Assembly: GCA_963840165.1 (NCBI GenBank)
Contig: CAWIXT010000006.1
Location: 646,680-710,679, forward strand
DNA from: an uncultured Gemmatimonadales bacterium
GTDB taxonomy: Bacteria; Gemmatimonadota; Gemmatimonadetes; Gemmatimonadales; GWC2-71-9
DNA: 64,000 nucleotides
Reading direction: 5' to 3'
Shown here: in pieces, positions 27,306 to 36,872 of the stretch
Layout: each line of letters begins with the position of its first letter
How positions within the stretch are numbered: position 1 is the stretch's first letter
Position numbers and translations under genes: made by a program
Notes under the pieces: model-generated
Database searches by the model: none
What the model was told of the DNA's origin: nothing
Seen by the model: the letters and a program-made list of their open reading frames with translations, nothing else

Positions 27306-28823
27306 CTACAGCACCTCCACATTCAGCATCATCCCCATGTCTTCGTGCTGAAGATTGTGGCAGTGCAGCGGGAATATCCCGGGATACCGCTCGAACCGGA
27401 CCAGCACCGCCACCGTCTCCAGCGGCATCAGCAGCACCGTGTCCTTCCAGCCGGCCTCGTAGGGGTAAACCACATTGCGTCCCCCGGTCCGCGATTCGAC
27501 CTGGAAGTGGGTGCCGTGCAGGTGCACCGGGTGCGGCAGCGTACTGTCGTTGGTAAATACCCAGCGCTCCACCTGTCCCAGCGGGATCTGCTCGTCGACG
27601 CGGTTCATGTCGAAGGTGAGTCCGTTGATCTGGTGCATGTCGCCAGCCCCGGTGCTCTGGAACACGAAGTGGCGGTCGGGGGCTCCCCCGTTTACCAGGG
27701 GCGGGACGGCCGACAGCACCGCCGGAAGGGGCGAGTCGCCCGGTCCTACTGCGGTGGTTCGAACCAGCTCCAACAGGTCCAGCTCCAGTCCCTGCGGATG
27801 GCGGGCCTCGGGGGAGAATTCCACCGAGAACGGCAGTGACTTGAGGGTGAGTCGGGTGCCGGCCGGGTAGGACGAGAAGTCGATGAGCACATCGGCGCGC
27901 TCACCCACACCGAGGAAGATGCTGTCCACCTGGACCGGAGCCGGCAGCAGCCCGCCGTCGTTGCCGATGACCGTGAGTGCCGCACCATCGCTCAGGCCCA
28001 GTCGGTAGATCCGGGCATGCGACGCATTGAGGACCCGGAAGCGGTAACGCTGCCCCGAGACCTGCAGTGTGGGCCGCCGGACGCCATTGCCGAACGGCAC
28101 GTCGCGCAGCATGCCGCTGACCATATCGGCGGAGTCAGGGGAGTAGTGGAATGCGCCCGCTGCGTCGCCCTGGCGGTCCTGCAGCATCAGGAGGATTTCC
28201 CGGTCGCCGGTGGGCAGGCCGAGCGCAGCCTCTTCGTCGTCTTCGACGATGAAGAAGCCGGCGAGTCCGCGGTGGATCTGCCCGGCGGTGAGGTGATGCG
28301 CGTGGGGATGGTACCAGAAGGTGCCGGCTCGCTGTACGATGGGAAACTCGTAGTCGAAGCTCGTGCCGGGGCCGATCGCGTGCCGCGGGTGCCCGTCCAT
28401 GGAATCGGGAACCAGCACCCCGTGCCAGTGGACGATGGTCGATTCCGGCAGTCCGTTCAGCAATCGGATCCGCGCCTGCTCGCCCAGTCGCGCGCGGATG
28501 GTGGGCCCCGGCAGGGCTCCCTCGAACAACCAGACCGCCGCTGATTCCGTGCGCGAAATAGTGGCTATGCCCGGCGCCGCCGTCAGCGAGGCGGCGGTGA
28601 CGGGCAGCGTCGCGGGCCGGAGGAGCGGCGTGCGGGTGGGGTCACCATCCCCGGGCCCGGTGGAGGAGTCGTCGCAGCTTGTCAGGGCGGCAAGGCCGCC
28701 GCCGGCGAGGGCGGTGGCCCCGATGGCAGTAAGGTGGACGAATCGCCGGCGGCTGATCGGCTCGCCGCCTGAGTCAGTCAATGGACGCGGACGATGCCGG
28801 TCATCCCGGCATGGCGGGTGCAC
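27306..28823 (-). CDS. Multicopper oxidase (CueO/laccase-like) with a Tat signal
   Basis: Twin-arginine ISRRRFVHLTAIGA. Copper motifs HWHG, WYHPH, HPVHLHG and HCHNLQHEDMGMM. The annotated start overlaps the upstream gene by 46 nt, so the start is uncertain. Confidence 0.85.
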   Translation of the reverse strand: MHPPCRDDRHRPRPLTDSGGEPISRRRFVHLTAIGATALAGGGLAALTSCDDSSTGPGDGDPTRTPLLRPATLPVTAASLTAAPGIATISRTESAAVWLFEGALPGPTIRARLGEQARIRLLNGLPESTIVHWHGVLVPDSMDGHPRHAIGPGTSFDYEFPIVQRAGTFWYHPHAHHLTAGQIHRGLAGFFIVEDDEEAALGLPTGDREILLMLQDRQGDAAGAFHYSPDSADMVSGMLRDVPFGNGVRRPTLQVSGQRYRFRVLNASHARIYRLGLSDGAALTVIGNDGGLLPAPVQVDSIFLGVGERADVLIDFSSYPAGTRLTLKSLPFSVEFSPEARHPQGLELDLLELVRTTAVGPGDSPLPAVLSAVPPLVNGGAPDRHFVFQSTGAGDMHQINGLTFDMNRVDEQIPLGQVERWVFTNDSTLPHPVHLHGTHFQVESRTGGRNVVYPYEAGWKDTVLLMPLETVAVLVRFERYPGIFPLHCHNLQHEDMGMMLNVEVL

Positions 28824-29404
28824 AGATAATCGAAGCTGCCGCTCGTGGGAAAAGTTCGGGATGCGGATTCCTGTTCCAGGTAGGGAATCTCGGGCGGCGC
28901 TCCGGGCGTGGTGAAGGTGACGGTATGAGGCAGCTCTTCCGCGGTCCAGGTTACCACTCCGCCGGCCTGCACATCCACCACCGCCGGAGCGAATGCCAGG
29001 GAGGGAGCCGTGACCGACGCGCTCGCTGCCGCCTCCTGCACGGTCACCTGCATGGCGGCCGCCTTGGTCTCGCTTCCAGCCGTCAGCGAGGCCGAGATCT
29101 GGGCTGTGCCGGGCCCGACCGCGGCAACGGTTGCATTGCCGTCCACGGTGGCGATGCCGACGTTGCTGGTCGAGAAAGACGCGGGACCGAGACCGGTCAT
29201 CACCTGGCCATCCTGATCCTTCGCGACAACCGTCAGGGTGACGGTATTGCCCGGAGCGACCGTGAACAGATCAGCCGTCGCGGGGGTGAGCTCCAGGGTG
29301 GTGAGCACCCGCGGGTCCGGCCCGGATCCGCCGTCCCCGCTCCCACACCCGGTTGCCAGCACTATCAACAGCCCGGCGACACCCGATAATATGAGTCTCA
29401 TCAA
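28778..29404 (-). CDS. Lipoprotein: Big_2-like Ig domain plus cupredoxin domain
   Basis: Lipobox LATGC. Ig-like region LELTPATADLFTVAPGNTVTLTVVAKDQDG...IATVDGNATVAAVGPGTAQISA. The cupredoxin HTVTF...FDYLCTRHAGMTGIVRV has Cys-x2-His-x2-Met. Confidence 0.75.
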   Translation of the reverse strand: MMRLILSGVAGLLIVLATGCGSGDGGSGPDPRVLTTLELTPATADLFTVAPGNTVTLTVVAKDQDGQVMTGLGPASFSTSNVGIATVDGNATVAAVGPGTAQISASLTAGSETKAAAMQVTVQEAAASASVTAPSLAFAPAVVDVQAGGVVTWTAEELPHTVTFTTPGAPPEIPYLEQESASRTFPTSGSFDYLCTRHAGMTGIVRVH

Positions 29405-29490
29405 ACTTCCTTACTGAGTTCTGCGCGTACGATAACGGGAGCCGGTCGCCGGTCGCCAGTCGGCAGGCCGACCACCGGGGTGAGCGAAGC

Positions 29491-29516
29491 GAAGGGCCAC
29501 TCGAGACTGGCCCTTC
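29491..29516. terminator. Stem-loop (9-bp stem) after the RCC1-repeat gene
   Basis: GAAGGGCCA-ctcgagac-TGGCCCTTC. There is no clear U-tract. Confidence 0.4.
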
Positions 29517-29524
29517 TATGCTAG

Positions 29525-30730
29525 CTAGCTGCTCGGCCCGACCACCGCTGTCGGACTAGAACGATTTGTAGTTGTGCCGTCGCCAAGGTTTCCATCACTA
29601 TTCTGGCCCCAGCAATAGCCTTGTCGATCCTCAGACGTCACGCCGCAAGTGTAGCCGTTCCCTGCGCTCAGCTGGCCAAACCAGAGTCCCCCGGTGACTG
29701 GAACTGGCTTCGTACGTGTAGTCTGGGTGCCGTCCCCCAGGGCACCAGAGCTGTTATATCCCCAACAGTAGGCACGGTTGTCCGTGCTTTCGGCACAAGC
29801 GTGGCCCGAGCCCGCGGTGACCCGCTCGAACAGCACAGTGCCGGCAACCTGCCTGGGCTCCCATCGGTTCAGGGTGCTTCCATCGCCGACTTGACCGGAA
29901 CCATTGTAGCCCCAGCAGAAGGCCCGGTTAGCCGTGGTTACCGCGCAGGTGAGATCCCGCCCGGTACTCACCTGTTTGAAGCTGCGAGTTCCCGGGACTC
30001 GGAGGGGGGAATTGCTTTGCTTGATTCCGGAGTTGTCACCCAGCTGCCCATAGTCGTTCCGACCCCAGCAATAGATCTCGTTGGTGAACGTAACGGCGCA
30101 ACTATGATTAAACGCAGAGCTCACCTGGTTATACGTGCGCCCGCCCGCGACCTGTGCCGGCGGGTTGCCCCACGTCGCGGTTGATCCTCCGTTACCCATC
30201 TGTCCCCCACCGCTTGATCCCCAGCAGTACACCATATTCTCGGTGGTCAATCCACACGTCGTCTGATGGCCGGCGCTGATCTGGCGGAAGCGGAGGTTGC
30301 TTGCCGCGGCGACAGGCGTCCCACGATCAGTCGTACTGCCGTCGCCGAGCTGCCCGGCGTAGTTCTCCCCCCAGCAGTATGCCCGGTTGTCAGTTGTGAC
30401 TGCGCAGGTATAGCCGTGGCCGGCGCTGATCAGCCTGAACAGGTGTCCTCCGGCAACAGCTGCCGGAGCGGACTTGTTGGTGCTTACAGCGGGACCATCG
30501 CCCAGATAACCGGTGCCCCAACAGTATGCCTGGTTCGTCGTGGTCACCCCACAGGTGTGTTCGACGCCAGCACTGATCTGGTACCACGGCAGAGCGGCCG
30601 CGGCTGCTGAAAGGTCTGGAGTTGCCTCGTTGACCGGGGGCTCGGTCGGCACCCGATCGGTACAGGCTGCTCCGGCCAGCACTGCCAGGACCAGCCAGGG
30701 GCCACGATTGTGAGTCAGATATCTCTGCAT
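29525..30730 (-). CDS. RCC1-repeat beta-propeller protein, exported
   Basis: Seven repeats of the ...H(T/S)C(G/A)VT..N.(A/V)YCWG.N..GQLGDG... pattern. N-terminal signal WLVLAVLAGAAC. Confidence 0.85.
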   Translation of the reverse strand: MQRYLTHNRGPWLVLAVLAGAACTDRVPTEPPVNEATPDLSAAAAALPWYQISAGVEHTCGVTTTNQAYCWGTGYLGDGPAVSTNKSAPAAVAGGHLFRLISAGHGYTCAVTTDNRAYCWGENYAGQLGDGSTTDRGTPVAAASNLRFRQISAGHQTTCGLTTENMVYCWGSSGGGQMGNGGSTATWGNPPAQVAGGRTYNQVSSAFNHSCAVTFTNEIYCWGRNDYGQLGDNSGIKQSNSPLRVPGTRSFKQVSTGRDLTCAVTTANRAFCWGYNGSGQVGDGSTLNRWEPRQVAGTVLFERVTAGSGHACAESTDNRAYCWGYNSSGALGDGTQTTRTKPVPVTGGLWFGQLSAGNGYTCGVTSEDRQGYCWGQNSDGNLGDGTTTNRSSPTAVVGPSS

Positions 30731-31262
30731 CAGAAATCTCCCGTCAAGTCATTGAAATGCCAGCCGACCGGGCTGGCAGAAGAGTCAAGCTCATGCTCAG
30801 ACGAGCAATCAGCCCTCAACGCGAGTGACAAGCTCTCATCGCCTGTCAAGCGTCGGTCAAGTGACGCCATCTCAACAACTAGGCGATGCCTGCGGAAAAA
30901 TCGAGGCGTAGCCTAAAAGTCTGTGCCGAACGCCGAATGTGCTGGGGATCACGGAACCAGGAGTGTGGGCCGCCAAGTGCGGGGCCAGTACAGACGTAGA
31001 ACTTTGTAACGATTGGCAAGTTTTCGGGGTCCTGAGAAGAAGTCACGAGGCACGCGTCGCGAGTCACGAGTCACGAGTCGCGAGTAAGTTCGTTAGAAAT
31101 TAGACGTTTGCACTCGCGTCGGTAGAAGATTCTTCGCCTCGCTCACGATGACCTCCCTTCGCTCGGGATTGGCACCAAGCAGCGCGTCCCCAACCGGCGA
31201 TCACTGGCGACTCGCGGCTCGCGACTTCTTTCAACCCGCTCCGAAGACCTGATGCGTCCCCA

Positions 31263-31823
31263 CTACTGCAGCATCCCGCTGAGCCCAAACAAAATGTCCA
31301 GATTGTTGCCGGTCCAGGGTCGAATAGCTCGCGCGCGCATCTCGGCCCGCGCGCCCCAGGTCCGGCTCAGGTCCACCCGAAGGCCCACCACCGCATGGAG
31401 AGTGGCCACCGCATCCTCGTTCTCCTCATCCAGCACCTGAGCGAACCCGGCGCCGCCTCCCAGGAAGGGACGCACCCGCCCCAGCGGCAGCTCGCCTTGA
31501 ATGCTCAGCTCGTTCATCAGGTAGTGTATCTGCTGGGAGAACTGCGACTGGTAGGTGAAGTAGGTGATTCCGGGCTCGATCACCAGCCCGGGCGTCGGTC
31601 TCCAGTTGAACTCGACGGCGGCGGCGAACCCGGTGCCGGTGCCTGAGAGATCGTAGGTGGACGGGCCCGCCAGTCCACTCAGGGTCAGGCTGCTGCCGGT
31701 CTGGGCCAGCGCCGTGGCAGGCCCGAGCAAGCTAGCGGCTACAGCGAGCGCGGCCCCCAGACGTGCGCACCGTCGTCTCGCGACTCGAGACTCGCGACTG
31801 GTTGTTCCCCTCACTGCTGGCAC
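31263..31823 (-). CDS. Small outer-membrane beta-barrel protein (OmpW/porin-family-like)
   Basis: Signal ...AASLLGPATALAQ followed by alternating hydrophobic beta-strand patterns. The first about 15 codons are encoded by GTCGCGA repeat words, so the true start is uncertain. Confidence 0.5.
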   Translation of the reverse strand: MPAVRGTTSRESRVARRRCARLGAALAVAASLLGPATALAQTGSSLTLSGLAGPSTYDLSGTGTGFAAAVEFNWRPTPGLVIEPGITYFTYQSQFSQQIHYLMNELSIQGELPLGRVRPFLGGGAGFAQVLDEENEDAVATLHAVVGLRVDLSRTWGARAEMRARAIRPWTGNNLDILFGLSGMLQ

Positions 31824-33586
31824 GGTGCGTTGGGGTCCATCTTCGGCTGGTCCACTACCAACCGGTGATCCAGGTCGGCCACGGCAGCGGTGACGTCGCG
31901 AATCAGATCGGCCACCCGGGCCAGGCGCGCGTAGTCGATGTACTGCGGCTCATCGGTGACCTCGTGGTAGTCGCGGTGAATGCCGGAGGAGAAGAATGCG
32001 ATCGGGATGCCGTGGCGGGCATACATGTAGTGATCGCTCCGGCAGTACACGTTGTCGGGATGGCCGTTGGCGTCGTAGCGGTAGTCGAGGTTGAACGGAT
32101 GCGGCCGGCGGCTGTTGACCTGCTCGATCAAATCACCCAGCTCGGTCGAGAGCCGGCGCGAGCCGACCAGCCCCAGTGCGTGGGGTCCGCCGCCCTCGGT
32201 GTCGCTGGCCCTCCCGCGGCCCACCATGTCCATGTTGATCTGCGCGACAATGGAGTCCCGGGGAACGGTGGGATTGTCGGTGAACCACTGGGATCCATAC
32301 AGCCCCTTCTCCTCCGCCGTGTGCCACACGAACAGCAGCGACCGTTTTGGCTTGGTGGGGCCGCGGGCAAAGGCCTCGGCCACCTCCAGCAGGGTCACCG
32401 AGCCGGACCCGTCATCATCGGCGCCGTTGTAGACCGAGTCGGCCCGGGGCGGCCGGAGCCGGCGGAGGCTGTCCAGCTGGCGGCCGATGGTGGCGCGCTG
32501 TGCCGTGGTCAGCTCTTTCGGCGGCTTGTTCTGCCCCTCGGGCCGGGCGATCGCATGGTAGAGCCGCAGCGAATCGTGATCTACCGCCTCGGTTCCCGGC
32601 TTCACGCCGATGTGATCGTTGTGGGCGCCGAGGGCGACGTACTCATGCTTGAGCCGGGGATCGCTGCCCGGCAGTATCGCGACCACGTTGCGGGCTGGGG
32701 CCGCCGGCCGCGTCTCCCTGAAGATGACCCGGCCACCCAGTGGTTTGCCGTTGGTGCCGGGAATGAGCCCGGCCAGTGGGGCGCCGAACAGTCGCTCGGC
32801 GGTGGCCGAGGTGATCAGCATGCCGAGCGGGATCCGGCGCCGGTCCTCGACGGTGGTCGTCACGACCGTCTGAGGCTGTTGCAGGAACTCGAGCGCGGCT
32901 TTCTCCGCGATGTCCATAGTCGCGAATGCCACCCCTGCAGCGCCAGGAATGGCGGGTGGCGGACCCTTGGCGAAGAGGCTCGAGAGCGGCTGCCCGTCCT
33001 CACCCAGCGCGGGGCCGAACACCACCAGCTTGCCGGCGCTCTGCCCCAGGATCTCCGCCGTCAGGCTGTCTCCCACCCGGCCGGCATAGAGGGACGCGGG
33101 GTTCTCCGCCTGGAGCTGCGAGCCGTAGGGCAGGAAGGACGGGTAGAGCGGCAGGGGCAGGTAGTCCCCATTGAGCTGAAGCGGAGTACCGGCGATTTCC
33201 AGGGTGGACGCGGAGTCGGCGGTCCGCTGGATCATCGGCACGGTCTGAAAGAAAGTGCTGATATCTCCCCCGGGCTTGAGCCCGATGCGACGCGCCTCGG
33301 ATGCGATGTAGTCAGTTGCTTTCACATTCCCCGGGGCGCCGGCCTCCCGTCCCTGCATCGAATCGTCGGCGAAGACGTAGAGCCGGCTCATGAGATCCGG
33401 GGCCGTGATCTCCGCCGACGTGGGCGTGGCGCGGTGCTTGAGCGGACCTTCGGCCTCGGATGAGAGCGGTGCCGCGGATTCCGGCTCCGGCGTCGCTGGT
33501 CCGGGCGAGGTACGGCTGGATCCGCATGACCAGAGAAGGGTAATACCCACGAGGGAAAGCAATTTGACGGTCACTCGAAACTCCAC
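31811..33586 (-). CDS. M28-family aminopeptidase with PA domain, lipoprotein
   Basis: Lipobox LLWSCGSS. Zinc-site region GAHNDH...GADDDGSGSVTLLEVAEAF...LLFVWHTAEEKGLYGSQWF...HRDYHEVTDE. Confidence 0.85.
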   Translation of the reverse strand: MEFRVTVKLLSLVGITLLWSCGSSRTSPGPATPEPESAAPLSSEAEGPLKHRATPTSAEITAPDLMSRLYVFADDSMQGREAGAPGNVKATDYIASEARRIGLKPGGDISTFFQTVPMIQRTADSASTLEIAGTPLQLNGDYLPLPLYPSFLPYGSQLQAENPASLYAGRVGDSLTAEILGQSAGKLVVFGPALGEDGQPLSSLFAKGPPPAIPGAAGVAFATMDIAEKAALEFLQQPQTVVTTTVEDRRRIPLGMLITSATAERLFGAPLAGLIPGTNGKPLGGRVIFRETRPAAPARNVVAILPGSDPRLKHEYVALGAHNDHIGVKPGTEAVDHDSLRLYHAIARPEGQNKPPKELTTAQRATIGRQLDSLRRLRPPRADSVYNGADDDGSGSVTLLEVAEAFARGPTKPKRSLLFVWHTAEEKGLYGSQWFTDNPTVPRDSIVAQINMDMVGRGRASDTEGGGPHALGLVGSRRLSTELGDLIEQVNSRRPHPFNLDYRYDANGHPDNVYCRSDHYMYARHGIPIAFFSSGIHRDYHEVTDEPQYIDYARLARVADLIRDVTAAVADLDHRLVVDQPKMDPNAPCQQ

Positions 33587-33687
33587 GCTGCAGGATAGCT
33601 GGGAAAGCGAGACTCGGAGATCATACGTATTGGGGGAAAGATAGCATACCGCTTAGGTCTCACTTCTCACCGCTCACCTCTCACGCT

Positions 33688-34179
33688 TTACTCCGCGTGT
33701 CCCGTCTTCTCTCCTCTCACCAGCTCCACCGCGTGATCGAGCAGGTCCGCCAGCACCACCAACCCGTCGCGTACTCCGCCGGTGCTCCCGGGAAGGTTCA
33801 CGACCAGCGTCTTGCCGCGCACGCCGGCGAGTCCGCGCGACAGCGCCGCACGGGGAAATCTGGGGAACACACTCATCCGGAGCGCCTCGGCGATTCCGGG
33901 GGCTTCCTTTTCGAGCACGGCGCGAGTTGCCTCCGGCGTCACGTCGCGGGTGGTGAGCCCGGTGCCGCCGGTGGTCAGGATCACGTCAGCGCGATTCCCG
34001 TCGGCCCACTCGCACAGGAGTGAGACGATGCGGCCGGTCTCGTCGGGGACCAGGCCCCGTTCGGCCAGGGTGTAGCCGCGCTCCTTCGCCCAGCCGGCAA
34101 TGAGGTCACCGGAGCCGTCGGCCCGCTCGCCGCGGCTGCCGGCGTCGGAGATGGTGAGGATGGCAAGGCGAATGGGCAT
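33688..34179 (-). CDS. mog: Molybdenum cofactor biosynthesis protein (MogA/MoaB family)
   Basis: MPIRLAILTISDAGS...DVILTTGGTGLTTRDVTPEAT...VVNLPGSTGGV. The ORF-track start at 34521 adds 114 non-homologous residues and is rejected. Confidence 0.85.
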   Translation of the reverse strand: MPIRLAILTISDAGSRGERADGSGDLIAGWAKERGYTLAERGLVPDETGRIVSLLCEWADGNRADVILTTGGTGLTTRDVTPEATRAVLEKEAPGIAEALRMSVFPRFPRAALSRGLAGVRGKTLVVNLPGSTGGVRDGLVVLADLLDHAVELVRGEKTGHAE

Positions 34180-34261
34180 CTCTAGGAACGAGTGCCCACG
34201 AGGGCCTGAAACGCCGGTTCCCTTCGGAGCGGAGCGAGCAGCAAATCCATGCGAATCCAAT

Positions 34262-34474
34262 TCACCGATATTGTTGGGTGCGAATCTCCCGAAGAAACCG
34301 CTTGGTTCCGAGCGAGGTGCCGAGCTCGGGATGCAGCACCTTGATCGCGACAGGCCGGCCGTGCTTGACATCCCGCGCCAGATAGACGGTCGCCATGCCG
34401 CCGCGGCCCAGCTCCCGCTCGAGCTGGTAGCCGTCTCCGAGGTCGCCTGCGAGATCAGCCGGGACGGGAGCCAT
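34262..34474 (-). pseudogene. 70-aa remnant of a Ser/Thr protein kinase (N-lobe only)
   Basis: [36 protein letters not shown]...FLREIR contains the Gly-rich loop and the VAIK lysine, then stops. No catalytic loop or DFG motif follows. Confidence 0.7.
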
Positions 34475-34483
34475 GCCGATCGC

Positions 34484-35824
34484 TCATCGGTCGCTTTCCC
34501 GGCCGGTTCCCGGGGATTCAAGATCGGCGGGGAGCCGGGGCGATGACAGCAACTCTTCGAACGCCCGCCACCCCGTCGCCTCCATCGCTCGGGGCAGGCT
34601 TTTGTCGGGCGACTCGCCTGCGTTCCGCCCGACCCACCGGGCCACCAGATCGCGCCCCAGATTGTAGTTGATCACGTAGCTGCGGTAAGTGTCGATGAAG
34701 CGCAATTGTTTGGCCGCGGCTTCGGGAGAGATCAGCCAATAGCGGCGCATGGCGCTCTCGGCCTGGGCCCGGGTGAGCTCGCCGTCGAGATAGCGCCGGG
34801 CAACCTCGTTGCGGGCGTAGTTCAGATCCTCGACGACCCGGCGCACGGCAGCGTTGCGTTGGGCCAGCGAGGTGTCGAGTCCAGCCAAGGGGAACAGCGA
34901 GTCCCGCTCGAACTCGGTCCGTTCGGACGGAGGAAACACCATATCGATCCCGTAATTGGCGCTGCCTTCGGCGATGAGCGACTGGGGGCTGAAGAGCGGA
35001 TAGATCGAGACCTCTACCCAGCCGCGATCCCGGAACAGCGCCCGCTCCAGGCTGGCGTTGTAGACGTGATGTCCGGGATACCCCTCGTGACAGGCGAGGT
35101 CCACCGCGCGATCCACCTGGATGGGAAAGTCGAGGTTGACCTGGATCAGGCTGTGAAAACCGCCCTTGTACCAGTTGTAGGCATTCCAGGGCGTGCCCTT
35201 CACGTACTCCAGGTCGAACCGCTCGCCATCGGGTAGCTGCATGTGCGCCCGGGTGCGGGCCCGGCAGGCCGCGATTGCCGTGCGGAAGACGGTGTCCACC
35301 CGGCTGGCGGGAATGACCATTCGGTCGCGAAAGCTCTGGAACCGCCGAGCCAGCGGCCCCGGGCCGGGCAGCAGCGAATCGAGTCGAGCGAGCAGCGAAT
35401 CGAAATGGGAGTCCTCGAAGCGCGGCGGAGTGACATCGTAGAGCGCCTTGGCCTCTTCATCGAAGCTGAGCCGCTGTCCTCCCAGCATGCGGGCCCGCGC
35501 CGCCATCGAGCCGAGTTGGGTGCGGACATAGCGGTGCCGCAGCCGGACCATCGAATCGGAATATGACGGCACCGTGTCGCCCAGCAGGCGCACCAGCGAA
35601 TCCGCCTGCGTGAGAATCCCTGCGACCGTCAGTGACTCGGCGGCAGCCGCGGCTCGCAGCGAGTCCGGGCCGTAGTACGCATCTACATAATTGGGATCGT
35701 GGCGGCCCAGTCCGAGCGCGAGGGTGACGTACCGGGTTGCAATAGGCTCCAGAGCGGAGAGGTCCGCCGGCGGTGTCGAGGACCGACAACCAGCAAGAAG
35801 GGAAAGCGCCAGTAGAAGTCGCAT
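34484..35824 (-). CDS. DUF885-family lipoprotein (metallopeptidase-like HExxGHH motif)
   Basis: Lipobox LSLLAGC and motif CHEGYPGHHVYN. Confidence 0.7.
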   Translation of the reverse strand: MRLLLALSLLAGCRSSTPPADLSALEPIATRYVTLALGLGRHDPNYVDAYYGPDSLRAAAAAESLTVAGILTQADSLVRLLGDTVPSYSDSMVRLRHRYVRTQLGSMAARARMLGGQRLSFDEEAKALYDVTPPRFEDSHFDSLLARLDSLLPGPGPLARRFQSFRDRMVIPASRVDTVFRTAIAACRARTRAHMQLPDGERFDLEYVKGTPWNAYNWYKGGFHSLIQVNLDFPIQVDRAVDLACHEGYPGHHVYNASLERALFRDRGWVEVSIYPLFSPQSLIAEGSANYGIDMVFPPSERTEFERDSLFPLAGLDTSLAQRNAAVRRVVEDLNYARNEVARRYLDGELTRAQAESAMRRYWLISPEAAAKQLRFIDTYRSYVINYNLGRDLVARWVGRNAGESPDKSLPRAMEATGWRAFEELLSSPRLPADLESPGTGRESDR

Positions 35825-35875
35825 GGATCAAGGTACTACGCCCGCCATCGTACCGACATCGGAGGAAAACCGTTC

Positions 35876-36838
35876 CTAGCGGTTGAAGTCGACCGCGGTG
35901 GTGTTCCCACCGCAGACTACCACGCCGACCCGCTCGCCCACGCGCGGCTGATACCCGCCGCTCAGCAGCGCCGCGAACGCCGCCGCTCCACCCGGCTCAG
36001 CAACCACCCGCAGCACCCGCCACAGCTCCTGCTGCGCCGTCCGGATGTCATCATCCGTCACCAGCACCACCTTCTCGACGTGGCGCTGCGCCAGCGGGAA
36101 CATCAGCTCGCCCACCCGCCGCGGGGCTAGCGAGTCGGCTGCGATCCCGCCCGCCTCCGCATCCACCGGCCGTCCGGCAGCGAGGGCCCGGGTCAGCGTG
36201 GGCGCCTGGTGGGGCTCGACGGCGACCAGACGCGGCTTCCGCGCCGACTCGCCGTACCAGAGGGCGATGCCACCGAGTAGCCCGCCGCCGCCGACCGCCA
36301 CCAGCAGGGTATCGAGCTCGGGCGCCTGCGCCTCCAGCTCGGTGGCGACGGTGCCCTGTCCCAGAATCGTCTCGACCTGGTCGTAGGCGTGCACCGCCAT
36401 GGCGCCGCTCGACTCCACCCATTCGGTGCTGGCTGCCAGCGCGTCGGCATAGCGGTCTCCTCCGACCACCACATCCGCACCGCAGTCTCTGATCAGCTGG
36501 ACCTTCGAGGCGGACGCGACGGTGGGCACGAAGATCCTGGCGGGTATGCCGAGTCGCATCGCGGCGAACGCGACTGCGGCGCCGTGGTTGCCGCCCGACG
36601 CGGCGACGACGCCGGCCGCGGGCACCTGCCGCTGCAGCAGGTTCGTGAAGGCGCCGCGGGGCTTGAACGACCCGGTGTGCTGGAGCAGCTCGAGTTTGAA
36701 ACTGAGTGACACCGCGGGCGCCAACGCGAAATCAGATGAATCTACCGTAATGACGGGGGTACGCCGGATATACGACGCGATACGCCCATGCGCCGCCAGC
36801 ATCTGTTTTCGGGTGAGGGCCATGTCGCCAGCAATCAA
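35876..36838 (-). CDS. PLP-dependent threonine/serine dehydratase family enzyme
   Basis: PLP-lysine motif LQHTGSFKPRGAF and Gly-rich loop ASGGNHGAAVA. Confidence 0.8.
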   Translation of the reverse strand: MIAGDMALTRKQMLAAHGRIASYIRRTPVITVDSSDFALAPAVSLSFKLELLQHTGSFKPRGAFTNLLQRQVPAAGVVAASGGNHGAAVAFAAMRLGIPARIFVPTVASASKVQLIRDCGADVVVGGDRYADALAASTEWVESSGAMAVHAYDQVETILGQGTVATELEAQAPELDTLLVAVGGGGLLGGIALWYGESARKPRLVAVEPHQAPTLTRALAAGRPVDAEAGGIAADSLAPRRVGELMFPLAQRHVEKVVLVTDDDIRTAQQELWRVLRVVAEPGGAAAFAALLSGGYQPRVGERVGVVVCGGNTTAVDFNR

Positions 36839-36872
36839 TGAGGAGGATCGACACGAAATCTAGCCGGCACAG

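Noticed and set aside
33688-34521. 277-aa version of the MogA ORF.
   Set aside because: The first 114 residues have no MogA similarity and overlap the kinase stub on another frame. A canonical MPIRLAILTISDAG start is present at 34179.
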